A stretch of 64,000 bases of DNA from Macrostomum lignano (Eukaryota), in the NCBI GenBank assembly GCA_002269645.1, contig NIVC01000782.1:62001-126000 (forward strand), written 5' to 3'. Of this stretch, positions 13,974-28,777 are shown in pieces. Position 1 is the first letter of the stretch. Each line of letters begins with the position of its first letter. The notes under the pieces are model-generated. The model had not been told where the DNA came from. It worked only from the letters and a program-made list of their open reading frames with translations, and searched no databases. The position numbers and the translations under genes are program-made.

Positions 13974-14474
13974 TCACTCAGGCTGCAATTCTCACTGGAG
14001 TGCCTGTGAGTGATGAGAGTGACACCTGGAGTGCCCGTGAGTGATGAGAGATTTTCAGTGTGCCGAAATATTCAGAGTGTGATTAAAGTGACACAGAGTG
14101 ACACAACTATCTAGAGTAACCGAGTGACACTACAACCCAGAGTGACATACAGAGTGCCGCAGGTACCCAGAGTGACACACAGAGTGCCAAAGCTACCCAG
14201 AGTGACACACAGAGTGCCAAAGCTACCCAGAGTGACACAGAGTGCCGCAGCTACCCAGAGTGACCCACAGAGTGCCAAAGCTACCCAGAGTGACACAGAG
14301 TGCCGCAGCTACCCAGAGTGACACACAGAGTGACACAGAGTGACAAACAGAGTGACACACAGAGTGCTGCAGCTTCCCGGAGTGACACACAGAGTGACAC
14401 CCAGAGTGACCACAGAGTTACACACAGAGTGACACCACAGCACCAACCAACCGCAGTCGCCGCTCCCCCCACAG

Positions 14475-14685
<211 letters not shown>

Positions 14686-15054
14686 TCACTCAGGCTGCAA
14701 TTCTCACTTCATGCTTTTCGATACATATCGGCCCGGACTCAAAGCCTGATTGCGTCTATTCTAATAGGTGAATGCGATTGCAATGTTAAATGTGCCATTT
14801 CTATCAATAATAATAATAATATCCTTTGCATACTACTGTCAGGCATTCAGGCTGCATTTGCGATCTGCTTCATCCTCAGTTGAATGCTCTGTCGAAATGT
14901 TTCAATTGTTTTAAATAAACTGAAGGTGCTCAGTTTGAGTCTTCAGAATCGACAAAAACAGCATTTGCTGGCGTTGGCTGCATTTGCTATTTGAAATTGA
15001 TGGAATGAGGTGACTGTTTCAATAAATATGAGTAGCAGTGAGTAGTATGTTAGG

Positions 15055-15290
15055 AAAAAACCGTGAATTTACCGCAGCTCCTGAATTGTACGCTGGTACG
15101 CTGTACGCAGATATTTTCTGTGGCTATTTTTAGCTACCGTGTACGTATATGCACGAGCGAACGTAGCTCCCCCGGGGTTCTCTCAATTCTTCTCTCCCCA
15201 GAATTTAAACAAGACAAATTCTCGAGTTACTACTGTTCAGGCTACCAGAAGATTTATGTTCACAAATGGAGATTCTATTCCTCATTAGCC
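15055..15290 (+). repeat. Approximately 250-bp dispersed repeat (diverged copies at about 4360-4600, 31310-31545, 53590-53825 and in each 3'-end module)
   Basis: Shared core gctatttttagctac...cagaatttaaacaa...gttactactgttcaggctaccag; class not determined. Confidence 0.6.
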
Positions 15291-18200
15291 GTTTGTATTT
15301 GTTTTTTTAGTTATAATATTGAATAATTAGTTTGCCACAGATAATATTATAAAATATGAAAATCAGCAGTTATCGGCCTGCGCATTAATTATTAATAATA
15401 GGCCGAAGCAGAGAAGGCTAAATCGCTCTCTTCTGACGCATGCAGTCATCAGTCGCATGCCCTGAAACAACATTTGAGGCAACAGAAATCGATATGAAGG
15501 CTGCCAATCAGTGACGTCACTTGTGCTCATTCTATAATTCTATCTGAGCTCAATCAAGCCTGATAAACTGTTGCAGTACCTGAGCTTTTCATGTTAATTA
15601 AGATGAAAATGTGCATGTGATGTGTGCCAGTGTATCACAGCTGTCCTGTAGCAGCTCATGTGTTTATCACATTTTTCAAAATCAATAAGTTGCTTATTGA
15701 ACTTTGTTTACCTGTGCCCAAGTAGATTAACTGATTCGATTCGGTTGAGCCCTGGGGTTTTCAGGCGCTGGGAGTCGAGTTCACTGCTGCAGTATTATGG
15801 ATTTTAACGCAACATCAACGGAATGAATAACTGAATATAATATGTATGAAAAGTCAATATTTGAAGCAAATGACTGACATCTCATCTCATTTCATCTGTA
15901 CAAACGTGTCAGTGTGAGTCACATTGATTTACACACAGAGATGCAGCTGCCATCGCTCAGCCGCCATCAGGTTGCGAAGGCGTCTCTGAAAAGCCGGAGA
16001 AAGAATTTCAGCATGCAGTCAGGGCTGTCAGGCCTCAGTACTAATGTTTAAGCAATAAGCAGTCACAGAAGCTCAAAACCCACGTGCGAATCTGCCGGAG
16101 ACCGGCATGAGCTCTGCGTCCCACGCCGTTTGCTGAGCTGCTCGCTGACATCGTCCGCTGCTGGCATTGCTGGGCTTCTGGACTCGGAGTCTGATGGCAT
16201 GGCTGATTTGAGATGTACCAAGAGATCGATCTGTAATATAGAACTGCCAAATGCGTGAGCATATATATTTATACGTGGTGTGTTAAGCAAGACAGGCGGA
16301 TTCTCGGAGCTCAGTGCTGGTCAAAATATTAACTAGTACCTAGTAACTAAATAATGGGGTTGGTGGTGGTGGGGTGGTGGGGTGGAGAGTGCGTGGCCCT
16401 CCCCCCTCCGCGGGCGTCTCTATTGAGAGTTGAGACGTGTGAGAAGTTTTATTTAACGTACGATTAAAATATTTCGTACTCCCGTACTACTCCCGTTTAA
16501 CTACTCCCGTACTCGAAATCAATTTCGTGAATTTCTCGAATTTCAGGAGTCACGAAAAGATGTAAATAATTCGTACTCCCTAATTGTGGAGGGTGTTTGT
16601 TCGGTCTTCTGGACAAACTGTTGTGTTCTAAAGAACTCATTCAACTGCCAAAACTCACTTCACAGCTGATGAGAATCACTTTAAACTCGAGAACATGCAC
16701 ACAAAGTACAAGAGTTGTCCGGTGAAAAATCGGACAGGTGCTGTAACTCAGGAAACAAAGAAGCAACCAGAGCAAACAGCACAATCATTTTTAAACATAG
16801 TCGCCACCCTTCTCAATGCTGCGCTGCCACCTCACCTGCCACTTGTTGAAGGCCTCAGCGTACAGGTTTGCGGCCAACTGAAGTAGAATTCAAGTAGAAC
16901 TCAAGTAAAATTGACCAATTAAATAGACCGCCACACGCAACACTCTCAAGGCCACTCAGTTCAGCCCAACTCAGTTCAACTCAGAGTGAATCTCTCTCTT
17001 GGCACATTGTTTGTTTACACACGAACGTAAATGTACACTACAGTTAATTGTGTACATTTGAACGTGAAGAACAGATCAGAACACACCACCTATTAATATA
17101 TATGCCCACGCATTTGGCAGTTCTATATTACAGATCGATCTCTTGGCACATCTCAAATCAGCCATGCCATCAGACTCCGAGTCCAGAAGCCCAGCAATGC
17201 CAGCAGCGGACGATGTCAGCGAGCAGCTCAGCGGCAGCCCGACAGTCACGTGCAGCACCATCGTTACGGCGTGGGACGCAGAGCTCATGCCGGTCTCCGG
17301 CAGATTCGCAGGTGGGTTTTGAGCTTCTGTGACTGCTTATTGCTTAAACATTAGTACTGAGGCCTGACAGCCCTGACTGCATGCTGAAATTCTTTCTCCG
17401 GCTTTTCAGAGACGCCTTCGCAACCTGATGGCGGCTGAGCGATGGCAGCTGCATCTCTGTGTGTAAATCAATGTGACTCACACTGACACGTTTGTACAGA
17501 TGAAATGAGATGAGATGTCAGTCATTTGCTTCAAATATTGACTTTTCATACATGTTATATTCAGTTATTCATTCCGTTGATGTTGCGTTAAAATCCATAA
17601 TACTGCAGCAGTGAACTCGACTCCCAGCGCCTGAAAACCCCAGGGCTCAAACGAATCGAATCAGTTAATCTACTTGGGCACAGGTAAACAAAGTTCAATA
17701 AGCAACTGATTGATTTTGAAAAATGTGATAAACACATGAGCTGCTACAGGACAGCTGTGATACACTGGCACACATCACATGCACATTTTCATCTTAATTA
17801 ACATGAAAAGCTCAGGTACTGCAACAGTTTATCAGGCTTGATTGAGCTCAGATAGAATTATAGAATGAGCACAAGTGACGTCACTGATTGGCAGCCTTCA
17901 AATCGATTTCTGTTGCTTCAAATGTTGTTTCAGGGCATGCGACTGATGACTGCATGCGTCAGAAGAGAGCGATTTAGCCTTCTCTGCTTCGGCCTATTAT
18001 TAATAATTAATGCGCAGGCCGATAACCGATAATCATTTCCATATTTTCTAATGTTATCTGTGGCAAATCTGTGGCAAATTATTCAATAACGAAAAAAACA
18101 AATACAAACGGCTAATGAGGAATAGAATCTCCATTTGTGAATATTAATCTTCTGGTAGCCTGAACAGTAGTAACTCGAGAATTTGTCTTGTTTAAATTCT

Positions 18201-18719
18201 GGGAAGAAAGGAATTAAGAGAACCCCAGGGAAGACGTTCGCTCGTGCAGCTACGTACACGGTAGCTAAAAATAGCCACAGAAAATATCTGCGTACAACGT
18301 ACCAGCGTACAATTCAAAAGCTGCGGTAAATCCACGGTTTTTCCAAACATACTACTCACTGCTACTCATAATTATTGAAACAGTCACCTCATTCCATCAG
18401 CCTCAAATAGCAAAATGCAGCCAACGCCAGCAAATGCTGTTTTTTGTCGATTCTGAAGACTCAAACGGAGCACCTTCAGTTTATTTAAAACAATTGAAAC
18501 ATTTCGACAGAGCATTCAACTGAGAATGAAGCAGATCGCAAATGCAGCCTGAATACCTGACAGTAGTATGCAAAGGCTATTATTATTATTATTGATAGAA
18601 ATGGCACATTTAACATTGCAATCGCATTCGCCTATTAGAATAGACGCAATCAGGCTTTGAGTCCGGGCCGATATGTATCGAAAAGGCCCAGCATGCAGTG
18701 AGAATTGCAGCCTGAGTGA

Positions 18720-18930
<211 letters not shown>

Positions 18931-19136
18931 CTGTGGGGGGAAGGGAGCGGCGACTGCGGTTGGTGGGTGCTGTGGTGTCACTCTGTGTGTCACTCTGGGT
19001 AGCTGCAGCACTCTGTGTGTCACTCTGGGTAGCTGCGGCACTCTGTGTCACTCTGGGTAGCTGCGGCACTCTGTGTGTCACTCTCATCACTCACAAGCAC
19101 TCCAAAAGTCGCTGCAAAAACCAAAAGTCACTCACC

Positions 19137-19235
19137 TGAAATCCGGGCACTCCTCAGCCTCGTGCCCAGTCACGCAGACGCGTCGGACATGCCGGAGCCG
19201 ACGGCGAACAGGCCGCAGCGGAGCTTCTTGATATT
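19137..19235 (-). pseudogene. Deleted fragment of SET exon 3' end (second copy about 62670-62765)
   Basis: LRCGLFAVG and EECPDF plus donor GTGAGT, with internal deletions relative to 12830-12980. Confidence 0.7.
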
Positions 19236-22200
19236 TGATGATGAGCCGGCGGGGCAGGATGCAGCCCTTCAAACTGAGGTGAGGCTCATCCATGAAGAGC
19301 GTGAGCACAACCGAGCACATGAGGCAGAGGGGCAGGAGAGAAACCCTGGGCTCAGGGCAGGGCCTGTACGAGCCTGGGGCGGGTGTATTTTTAGCACGCC
19401 TGGAGTTCTACAGTCTGGTTTTCTGTCTGCCCGGCCGTGCCTAGGCGCTCCGCCCCTCCGCTCGCCGCCCACGCAAATGATACAGCCAAGGACGACTTAA
19501 GTAGACGGACGGGAAACCTCGTTTCTTAGAAATTTTAGAAGGCAGGTGTTTCCGAAAAAATACACTACGGAGATAAAAAGTTTTCATTTTTTCAGCACAA
19601 AAGTTGTTATTGCTTTCGATAAGAGGCCGATCCAGTGTTCATTTTTGATATGTTGCACAATGACGTCACCACACAGCAGTAAATTGGCGAGTTTTGCTAT
19701 GTTTCCAAACTTACCATGACATGACTTGCTTGAGGCAATCTTCCTAATAAACTTGCGGTCTAATCATTTTCAAGTTAAACAAGTTTTGCATGTCTCAAAG
19801 AGAGGAGGTTGATTGGAGACTTCGAACTGTAGAGAGCAGTGTTCTCCTTGCTTGCTGTTGTCCAGCTCTCCCTTCGTGCTGCGAGTCTGCCTGCAGCCCG
19901 GAGCAGGGCTCGCCATTTTCTCTCAGGTCAGCCAGTCTGCCTGGTGTATTTCTATTGCTCAACAGGGTGGGGGCTGTGAAGGTCTTAGAAATCGAATCTT
20001 AGTTGCAGCGCTTGTGGAAGAAATTCTTAGAGTTTATCCAATCAACAACAATTACCGATCAGACTCAGACTCCGAGTCCAAGACCCGAGCGGTAGCAGCA
20101 GGAGTGGATGACTCCAGAGAGCTTTTTTGTCCCTTTTCCACAATTTCAGACCCGCGAACTTTGATTTTGATCACACAGACAGCTGACATGTAGACTGTCA
20201 CATTAATTTAAAACTTGGCAATGGAGTTGGTCAGTAAACAATCCACAGAGAGTGTGCAAGTGCCGCTGTACACCCAGTCAGAGCGTGTGTATGAGGGTGC
20301 TGCATGCGTATTGGCGCGCTTGTATGGTGTGCTCAGAAGTCAGAGGAATGAGCAGAATTGCCGTCAGTGCTGTATGTGAGATAAGGTGGCCCACATTCAC
20401 CTGCGAATATATTAATATTAAAAGCACTTGCACTTACTTACTGACCCTCAACTAAAAGTTTATCCTTGGTTGTACTGGGCGCACCTAAATAGGGGCAGTG
20501 TATTTGAAATAAAAACGGTGGCAGTGTAAGGCACAACATAGCAAATTCTTCTTATCAAGATTTATAACACAGAGTTGAATAAGAAGCGAAGTTAGCCATT
20601 AAAAGAGGCCAATAATAAGCTGCATCTCATTATTCTGGTAAACAATAAATGAATAATACTTTATTCACGGTCTTGAATAAGTATAACAATAAAGTTCATA
20701 AGGCCCAGGATTGTAACCGCAGTCGCGTCGGGATCTGCACCGCGCCCCAGAAAGCGACGGTGCTGTCGGCGATGCGAGCTTCTGACGCCATGGACGACTC
20801 TGCTGGACTGCCGCTGGCTCTGACGAGCTGCTGAAAACCGATATCTGACTGTTAAAAGCACAGTGGCTAAATACGAGTTACGGAATGGCACCGGCCCGAA
20901 TTGTCACAGCTGTCATTGGCTGGCTGCAGGAGTCTCAGTGCAGCCAGCGTGGCTATAGCACAGACGGCGACCCTGGATGTACCATTGTTAGTAGCTGCTG
21001 AATAGCTTTTTGCGTGGGTGTTAGGACTGAGAAATTGTAAAAAATAAGAGAATGAAAGAAGTAGCTGGAAAGCGGGACTTCATGCAGGCAATTCCGCGGT
21101 AAACCCACGTTTTTTTCTCACGCTTTTGCTACGAGCGTACAAATAGCCCGGCTGGCTGGAAATATTGGCCCTGCCGTTGAGCAACTGCTCAGAACTTGAA
21201 AAACCACCCTATGCACTGTTTGAGCTGCGCACATTGAATTTGCGCAGCCACGTGCAGCCCCATATTTGTGGCCTGAGGATCAGATTAGACAGAAGGTTTC
21301 CAGGAGCGGTTGTGGCCACCTAATCACGGACAACAACCAGGGGCACACAAAGGACTTGCTTGAAGAGTTTGCTAACTTGCTTTAGAATATCTAGAATAAG
21401 TATGATGTCCCGCACCTGCAAGATATCCTCCAACATGAAGTCGCGGAGTCAAATTTATCATATTTTCGGCCAACTGCGATCTGGTGACGAGGTCATCTGG
21501 TTCTGATACTCGGGGCACTAACCGGGACCCAACCGTTTGGACTTTCGCCGTCGGTTGCTGTCGAAATTTTGAGCTTTTGTTTAATCAGTGACTAGACAGC
21601 TCCTAAATTCAGTTAAATGCTGTTGATGTTGCGTTAAAATTAAGTCAAAATGCACTCGTATTGACGAGCTTCATATTGAGTAGCAATCAGTGTAAAACAT
21701 CTGCAACCAATTCTTACAGAACTTGTTATGTCACTCTCACCACTTAGGCACTCCAAATGTCACTCTCATCACTCACAGGCAAGCCAGATATCACTCTTAT
21801 CACTCACAGGCACTCCAGATGTCACTCTCACCACCCAAAGGCACACCAGATGTCACTCTCACCACTCACAGGCACTCCAGATGTCACTCTCATCATTCAC
21901 AGGCACTCCAGATGTCACTCTCATCACTCAAAGGCACTCCAGATGTCACTCTCATCACTCACAGGCACTCCAGATGTCACTCTCATCACTCACAGGCACT
22001 CCAGATGTCACTCTCATCACTCAAAGGCACTCTAAATGTCACTCTCGTCACTCAAAGGCACTCCAGATGTCACTCTTATCACTCACAGGCACTTCAGATG
22101 TCACTCTCATCACTCAAGGCACTCCAGATGTCACTTTCACCACTCACAGGCACTCCAGATGTCACTCTCATCACTCACAGGCACTCCAGATGTCACTCTC

Positions 22201-25200
22201 ATCACTCACAGGCACTCCAGATGTCACTCTCATCATTCACAGGCACTCCAGATGTCACTCTCACCACTCAGGCACTCCTCCAGATGTCACTCTCATCACT
22301 CACAGGCACTCCGGAGTCACTCTTATCACTCACAGGCACTCCAGATGTGACTCTCATCACTCACAGGCACTCCAGATGTCACTCTCATCTCTCATCCAGC
22401 AGGTCCAGCAGGCGGCGCCAGTCGAGCCGCCGGGTGCACCCAGCTATTATGAGTGTGAAACACTGAGCTACGGAGAATTATCTGGGAATGCATTCTAACG
22501 ATTTGATAGTCAACGAGAACTTGTTTAGCGGGCTTTTCCAGTGCTTACAGTGTCTCTTCCTAATCCGATGGCTGCAAAGGCCAATTGGGCAGCCACTTCA
22601 TTGGCTCGTGAAGGAGGCGGGGGTTGCTGCGGTTGCAACGGCGGGCATCCACAATTGGCTGCTTCTGCAGAAAAAGTACAGCAGATTTCACCGCGGGGAA
22701 AGGAGACAGGCGGTGCTGGCTCGAAAGAATTGTGTGTGAAAGAAACCTGCAGACGAAGGCAGGACAGCCAACACAGCGCACGCACAGCCCCTCCCCCCTC
22801 CCGACCCAGCAAAGCAGCCACCCAGCCCGCAGTTCAATGGCCCTCACCAGTGGCAAGCCTAACAGGATTTTCAACCTCAATGTCTAAAACTGACTATCCA
22901 GATCTATTAATCTCTAACGCTGGGCTCACTGCATGTCGCCAAACCAACCACCGCCTGTCTCTTGCCGAAAAGTGGAGTTTTCTATGGGAAATTGGGAAAT
23001 TGGGGGCTGGGGGGCAGGATGATTCAAGGGAAAAGAAATCGCAACACGTGGGTTATAGGGATAATAAATATGGTTGTTGAATTCTGATAACTAGGGGGGT
23101 GGATTCTCAACAAGTGCAAAGCGATAATGATTTAGAGATTTGTGTAAGTAAAATACGCAATGCATGTACAATATCTAGATATGCGCACAATATGCGACTA
23201 AGATTGCAAATTCAAACACAAATTTTCAATTTCTCTTTCAGTGGCTGATTTGTACTTTTATTCGAATTCAAATTATCACATTATAACAGCATCTTTACAC
23301 AAAGGCAAGTTTTGCAAAATGTTGTAAACCAACTTCACACATATCCAGTCCTCCACACATATCTCTAATGTATTCTTAATGCATTTAAACACTTTTGGTG
23401 GCGTTGGCAACGAATTACAACAAAGAAACAACGAAGAGTCATTTCATCGAACTCCACTCTACGCCAAGCTTGAGGCCAGCAAACAGGGTTTCTGGTTTTC
23501 TTTAATTAAATTCTCAAAAAGGTCAAAATCAACATCGCAGGCCGCAATTTTGAGTTGAATTCTACTTGAATTCCACTTCAATTGGCCGCAAACCTGTACG
23601 CTGAGGCCTTCAACAAGTGGCAGGTGAGGTGGCAGCGCAGCATTGAGAAGGGTGGCGACTATGTTTAAAAATGATTGTGCTGTTTGCTCTGGTTGCTTCT
23701 TTGTTTCCTGAGTTACAGCACCTGTCCGATTTTTCACCGGACAGCTCTGGCACTTTGTGTGCAAATTCTCGAGTTTTAAAGTGATTCTAATCAGCTGTGA
23801 AGTAAGTTTTGGCAGTTTCTGCGGAGGGACACGAGCAGCCGCGAGAATTTCTAAAAATAGCTCCCTCCGCCTGTATCTGTGGGGCATTGGGGGGGGGGGG
23901 GGCTCACGCTCCACTCACAGCTGATATTTCACTCGCTGAATAAGCTGAAATGGAGGTGAAATGCTTGAAATAGCGCTGTTCTGTTCGGCGTGGAACGATA
24001 ACGCTGTCGCCTGAGGGTGGAGGTCTGAGAATGTGTCTTGCTAACACACCACGTATAGCATATAGCATATAAATATATATGCTCACGCATTTGGCAGTTC
24101 TATATTACAGATAGATCTCTTGGCACATCTCAAATCAGCCATGCCATCAGACTCCGAGTCCAGAAGCCCAGCAATGCCATCAGCAGACGATGTCAGCGAG
24201 CAGCTCAGCAGCAGCCCGACAGTCACGTGCAGCCGTTACGGCGTGGGACGCAGAGCTCATGCCGGTCTCTGGCAGATTCGCACGTGAGTTTTGAGCTTCT
24301 GTGATTGCTTATTGCTAAAACATTAGTACTGAGGCCTGACAGCCCTGACTGCATGCTGAAATTCTTTCTCCGGCTTTTCAGAGACGCCTTCGCAACCTGA
24401 TGGCGGCTGAGCGATGGCAGCTGCATCTCTGTGTGTAAATCAATGTGACTCACACTGACACGTTTGTACAGATGAAATGAGATGAGATGTCAGTCATTTG
24501 CTTCAAATATTGACTTTTCATACATATTATATTCAGTTATTCATTCCGTTGATGTTGCGTTAAAATTCAAAATACTGAAGCAGTGAACTCGACTCCCCCG
24601 CCCGAAAACCCCACGGCTCAACCGAATCGAATCAGTTAATCTACTTGGGCACAGGTAAACAAAGTTCAATAAGCAACTTATTGATTTTGAAAAATGTGAT
24701 AAACACATGAGCTGCTACAGGACAGCTGTGATGCACTGGCACACATCACATGCACATTTTCATCGTAATTAACATGAAAAGCTCAGGTACTGCAACAGTT
24801 TATCAGGCTTGATTGAGCTCAGATAGAATTACAGAATGAGCACAAGTGACGTCACTGATTGGCAGCCTTCATATCGATTTCTGTTGCTCCAAATGTTGTT
24901 TCAGGACATGCGACTGATGACTGCATGCGTCAGAGCGATTTAGGCTTCTCCCTTCTGTTTGATTCTCTGCTTCTGCCTATCAATAATAATTAATGCGCAG
25001 GCCGATAAGTGCTGATTTTCATATTTTATAATATTATCCGTGGCAAACTAATTATTCAATATTATAACTAAAAAAACAAATACAAACGGCTAATGAGGAA
25101 TAGAATCTCCATTTGTGAATATAAATTATCTGGTAGCCTGAACAGTAGTAACTCGAGAATTGGTTTAAATGTGTCTTGTCTTGTTTAAATTCTGGGGAGA

Positions 25201-25712
25201 GAAGAATTAAGAGAATCCCGGGGAGACGTTCGCTCGTGCATATACGTACACGGTAGCTAAAAATAGCCACAGAAAATATCTGCGTACAACGTACCACCAG
25301 CGTACACTTCAAGAGCTGCGGTAAATCCACCGTTTTTCTAAACATACTACTCACTGCTACTCATATTTATTGAAACAGTCACCTCATTCCATCAATTTCA
25401 AATAGCAAATGCAGCCAACGCCAGCAAATGCTGTTTTTGTCGATTCTGAAGACTCAAACTGAGCACCTTCAGTTTATTTAAAACAATTAAAACATTTCGA
25501 CAGAGCATTCAACTGAGAATGAAGCAGATCGCAAATGCAGTCTGAATGCCTGACAGTAGTATGCAAAGGATATTATTATTATTATTGATAGAAATGGCAC
25601 ATTTAACATTGCAATCGCATTCGCCTATTAGAATAGACGCAATCAGGCTTTGAGTCCGGGCCGATATGTATCGAAAAGACCCAGCATGCAGTGCGAATTG
25701 CAGCCTGAGTGA

Positions 25713-25923
<211 letters not shown>

Positions 25924-27365
25924 CTGTGGGGGGGGGAGCGACGACTGCGGTTGGTTGGTGCTGTGGTGTCACTCTGTGGTCACTCTGTTTGTCACTCTGT
26001 GTGTTACTCTGTGTGTCACTCTGGGTGTCACTCTGTGTGTCACTCTAGGTAGTTGCTGCACTCTGTGTGTCACTCTGGGTTGCTGCGGCACTCTGTGTGT
26101 CACTCTGGGTAGCTGCGGCACTCTTATCACTTAAGTGAAGGGAAGTAAGTCACTCCGAGTAGCTGTTTAGTGTGTCACTCTGGTAATTGTAGCTCTTTGT
26201 GTGTCCCTTGGTAGTTGCAGCACTCTGTGTGACTGAGTGTCAAGATTCAAGTGTCAAGATCATTGTACAAGAAATTATCGTACATATTCGTCTTCTAGCT
26301 AAGAGTGCAATCGTACACTGTTAACTAACACAATTAACAGTTTATCGTTTAACAGTTAATTGTGTACATTTAAAGTGCAGAACAGATCAGAATGTATCTC
26401 GTCATGTCGAGAATTGTTGAGAATTCCAGGTGTGTGTGTCTTGCTTAACACACCACGTATAAATATATATGCTCACGCATTTGGCAGTTCTATATTACAG
26501 ATCGATCTCTTGGCACATCTCAAATCAGCCATGCCATCAGACTCCGAGTCCAGAAGCCCAGCAATGCCATCAGCAGACGATGTCAGCGAGCAGCTCAGCA
26601 GCAGCCCGAGAGTCACGTGCAGCCCCATCGTTACAGCGTGGGACGCAGAGCTCATGCCGGTCTCCGGCAGATTCGCAGGTGGGTTTTGAGCTTCTGTGAC
26701 TGCTTATTGCTTAAACATTAGTACTGAGGCCTGACAGCCCTGACTGCATGCTGAAATTCTTTCTCCGGCTTTTCAGAGACGCCTTCGCAACCTGATGGCG
26801 GCTGAGCGATGGCAGCTGCATCTCTGTGTGTAAATCAATGTGACTCACACTGACACATTTGTACAGATGAAATGAGATGAGATGTCAGTCATTTGCTTCA
26901 AATATTGACTTTTCATACATATTATATTCAGTTATTTATTCTGTTGATGTTGCGTTAAAATCCATAATACTGCAGCAGTGAACTCGACTCCCACCGCCCG
27001 AAAACCCCAGGGCTCAACCGAATCGAATCAGTTAATCTACTTGGGCACAGGTAAACAAAGTTCAATAAGCAACTTATTGGTTTTGAAAAATGTGATAAAC
27101 ACATGAGCTGTTACCAGCCAGCTGTGATACACTGGCACACATCACATGCACATTTCCATCTTAATTAACATGAAAAGCTCAGGTGCTGCTACAGTTTATC
27201 AGCCTTGATTGAGCTCAGATAGAATTACAGAATGAGCACAAGTGACGTCACTGATTGGCAGCCTTCAAATCGATTTCTGTTGCTCCAAATGTTGTTTCAG
27301 GGCATGCGACTGATGACTGCATGCGTCAGAGCGATTTAGGCTTCTCCCTTCTGCCTATTTATTAA

Positions 27366-28285
27366 TTAGTGCCCACTGCCCACCCCAGAAGACGAACGCA
27401 GCAAGCTCAAGAGCAGCAAATGGCGCAGGAACAGCGAGGAGGTCAGGGAAGGCTGCCATGCACTCCCCCCCCGTATATTTCAGTCCGATTACGAGAAAAT
27501 ATTCAAGCATTATTGACAACAGTTAGAACGGATCAAAGCAGGATTAAAAGAGTGACAGGATACGAAAAAAAATTTTTTTCAATTGCAATGCGACAGCGAG
27601 GCCAAAGAGCCAACCGCGGGGTATAAAACCCCCCGCCACGCAACTCCCCCCCCCCAACACCGGGGTGGGGGGAAGCCGCGGGGGGGGCAGGGGTGGGCAG
27701 CGTACACAAACGCCAGTTAGCGCAGCCCGCGCAAACTAGCCATTAGTGCCCACTGCCCACCCCAGAAGACGAACGCAGCAAGCTCAAGAGCAGCAAATGG
27801 CGCAGGAACAGCGAGGAGGTCAGGGAAGGCTGCCATGCACTCCCCCCAACACCAAAAGCAGCAAGAAAACAGACTAGAGCAAAAGCAGACCAAGCAGAGG
27901 CAAGCAAAAGCGGACAAGCAAACAAAAAAAGGAGCCCAAAACCTTTCTTCAAAAAAAACCGCGAAACACGTCAGGTTTGGTCAAGCGCCGCAACAGCAAG
28001 CTTGCGCGCCGCACGCAGAGCCGTGTCATCGCGGGACAGGTAGACGCTCACTGCGTCGCTGCGCCAGTCACCCACGCACTGGATCTCCCGCACTGACAAG
28101 CCGCACCGGGCCAAATTTTCAATTGCAATGCGACAGCGAGGCCAAAGAGCCAACCGCGGGGTATAAAACCCCCCGCCACGCAACCCCCCCCCCCCCCCAA
28201 CACCGGGGGTGGGGGGAAGCCGCGGGGGGGCAGGGGTGGGCAGCGTACACAAACGCCAGTTAGCGCAGCCCGCGCAAACTAGCCA
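27366..28285 (-). mobile_element. Non-autonomous Ngaro/PAT-type (DIRS order) tyrosine-recombinase retroelement with split direct repeats
   Basis: Minus-strand order A1(28116-28285)-YR remnant-B1(27743-27847)-A2(27576-27742)-spacer-B2(27366-27470); no TSD versus empty site tatttattaa|taattaatgcg at about 34550. Confidence 0.85.
27971..28115 (-). pseudogene. C-terminal fragment of tyrosine recombinase
   Basis: LARCGLSVREIQCVGDWRSDAVSVYL matches the DIRS-type G.W.S....Y catalytic end. Confidence 0.75.
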
Positions 28286-28566
28286 TAATTAATGCGCAGG
28301 CCGATAACTGCTGATTTTCATATTTTATAATATTATCTGTGACAAATCTGTGGCAAATTATTCAACAATGAAATAAACAAATTAAAACGGCTAATGAGGA
28401 ATAGAATCTTCATTTGTGAATATAAATCTGGTGGTAGCCTGAACAGTAGTAACTTGCGAGAATTTGTCTTGTTTAAATTCTGGAGAAAAATGAATTAAGA
28501 GAACCAGCATCGTTCGCTCGTGCATGCACAAGGTAGCTAAAAAAGCCACAGAAAATATCTGCGTGA

Positions 28567-28777
<211 letters not shown>

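Noticed and set aside
21723-22498. His/Ser-rich ORFs in several frames (also 2407-2916, 29362-30404, 51061-51517)
   Set aside because: Products of the 30-bp satellite open in all frames
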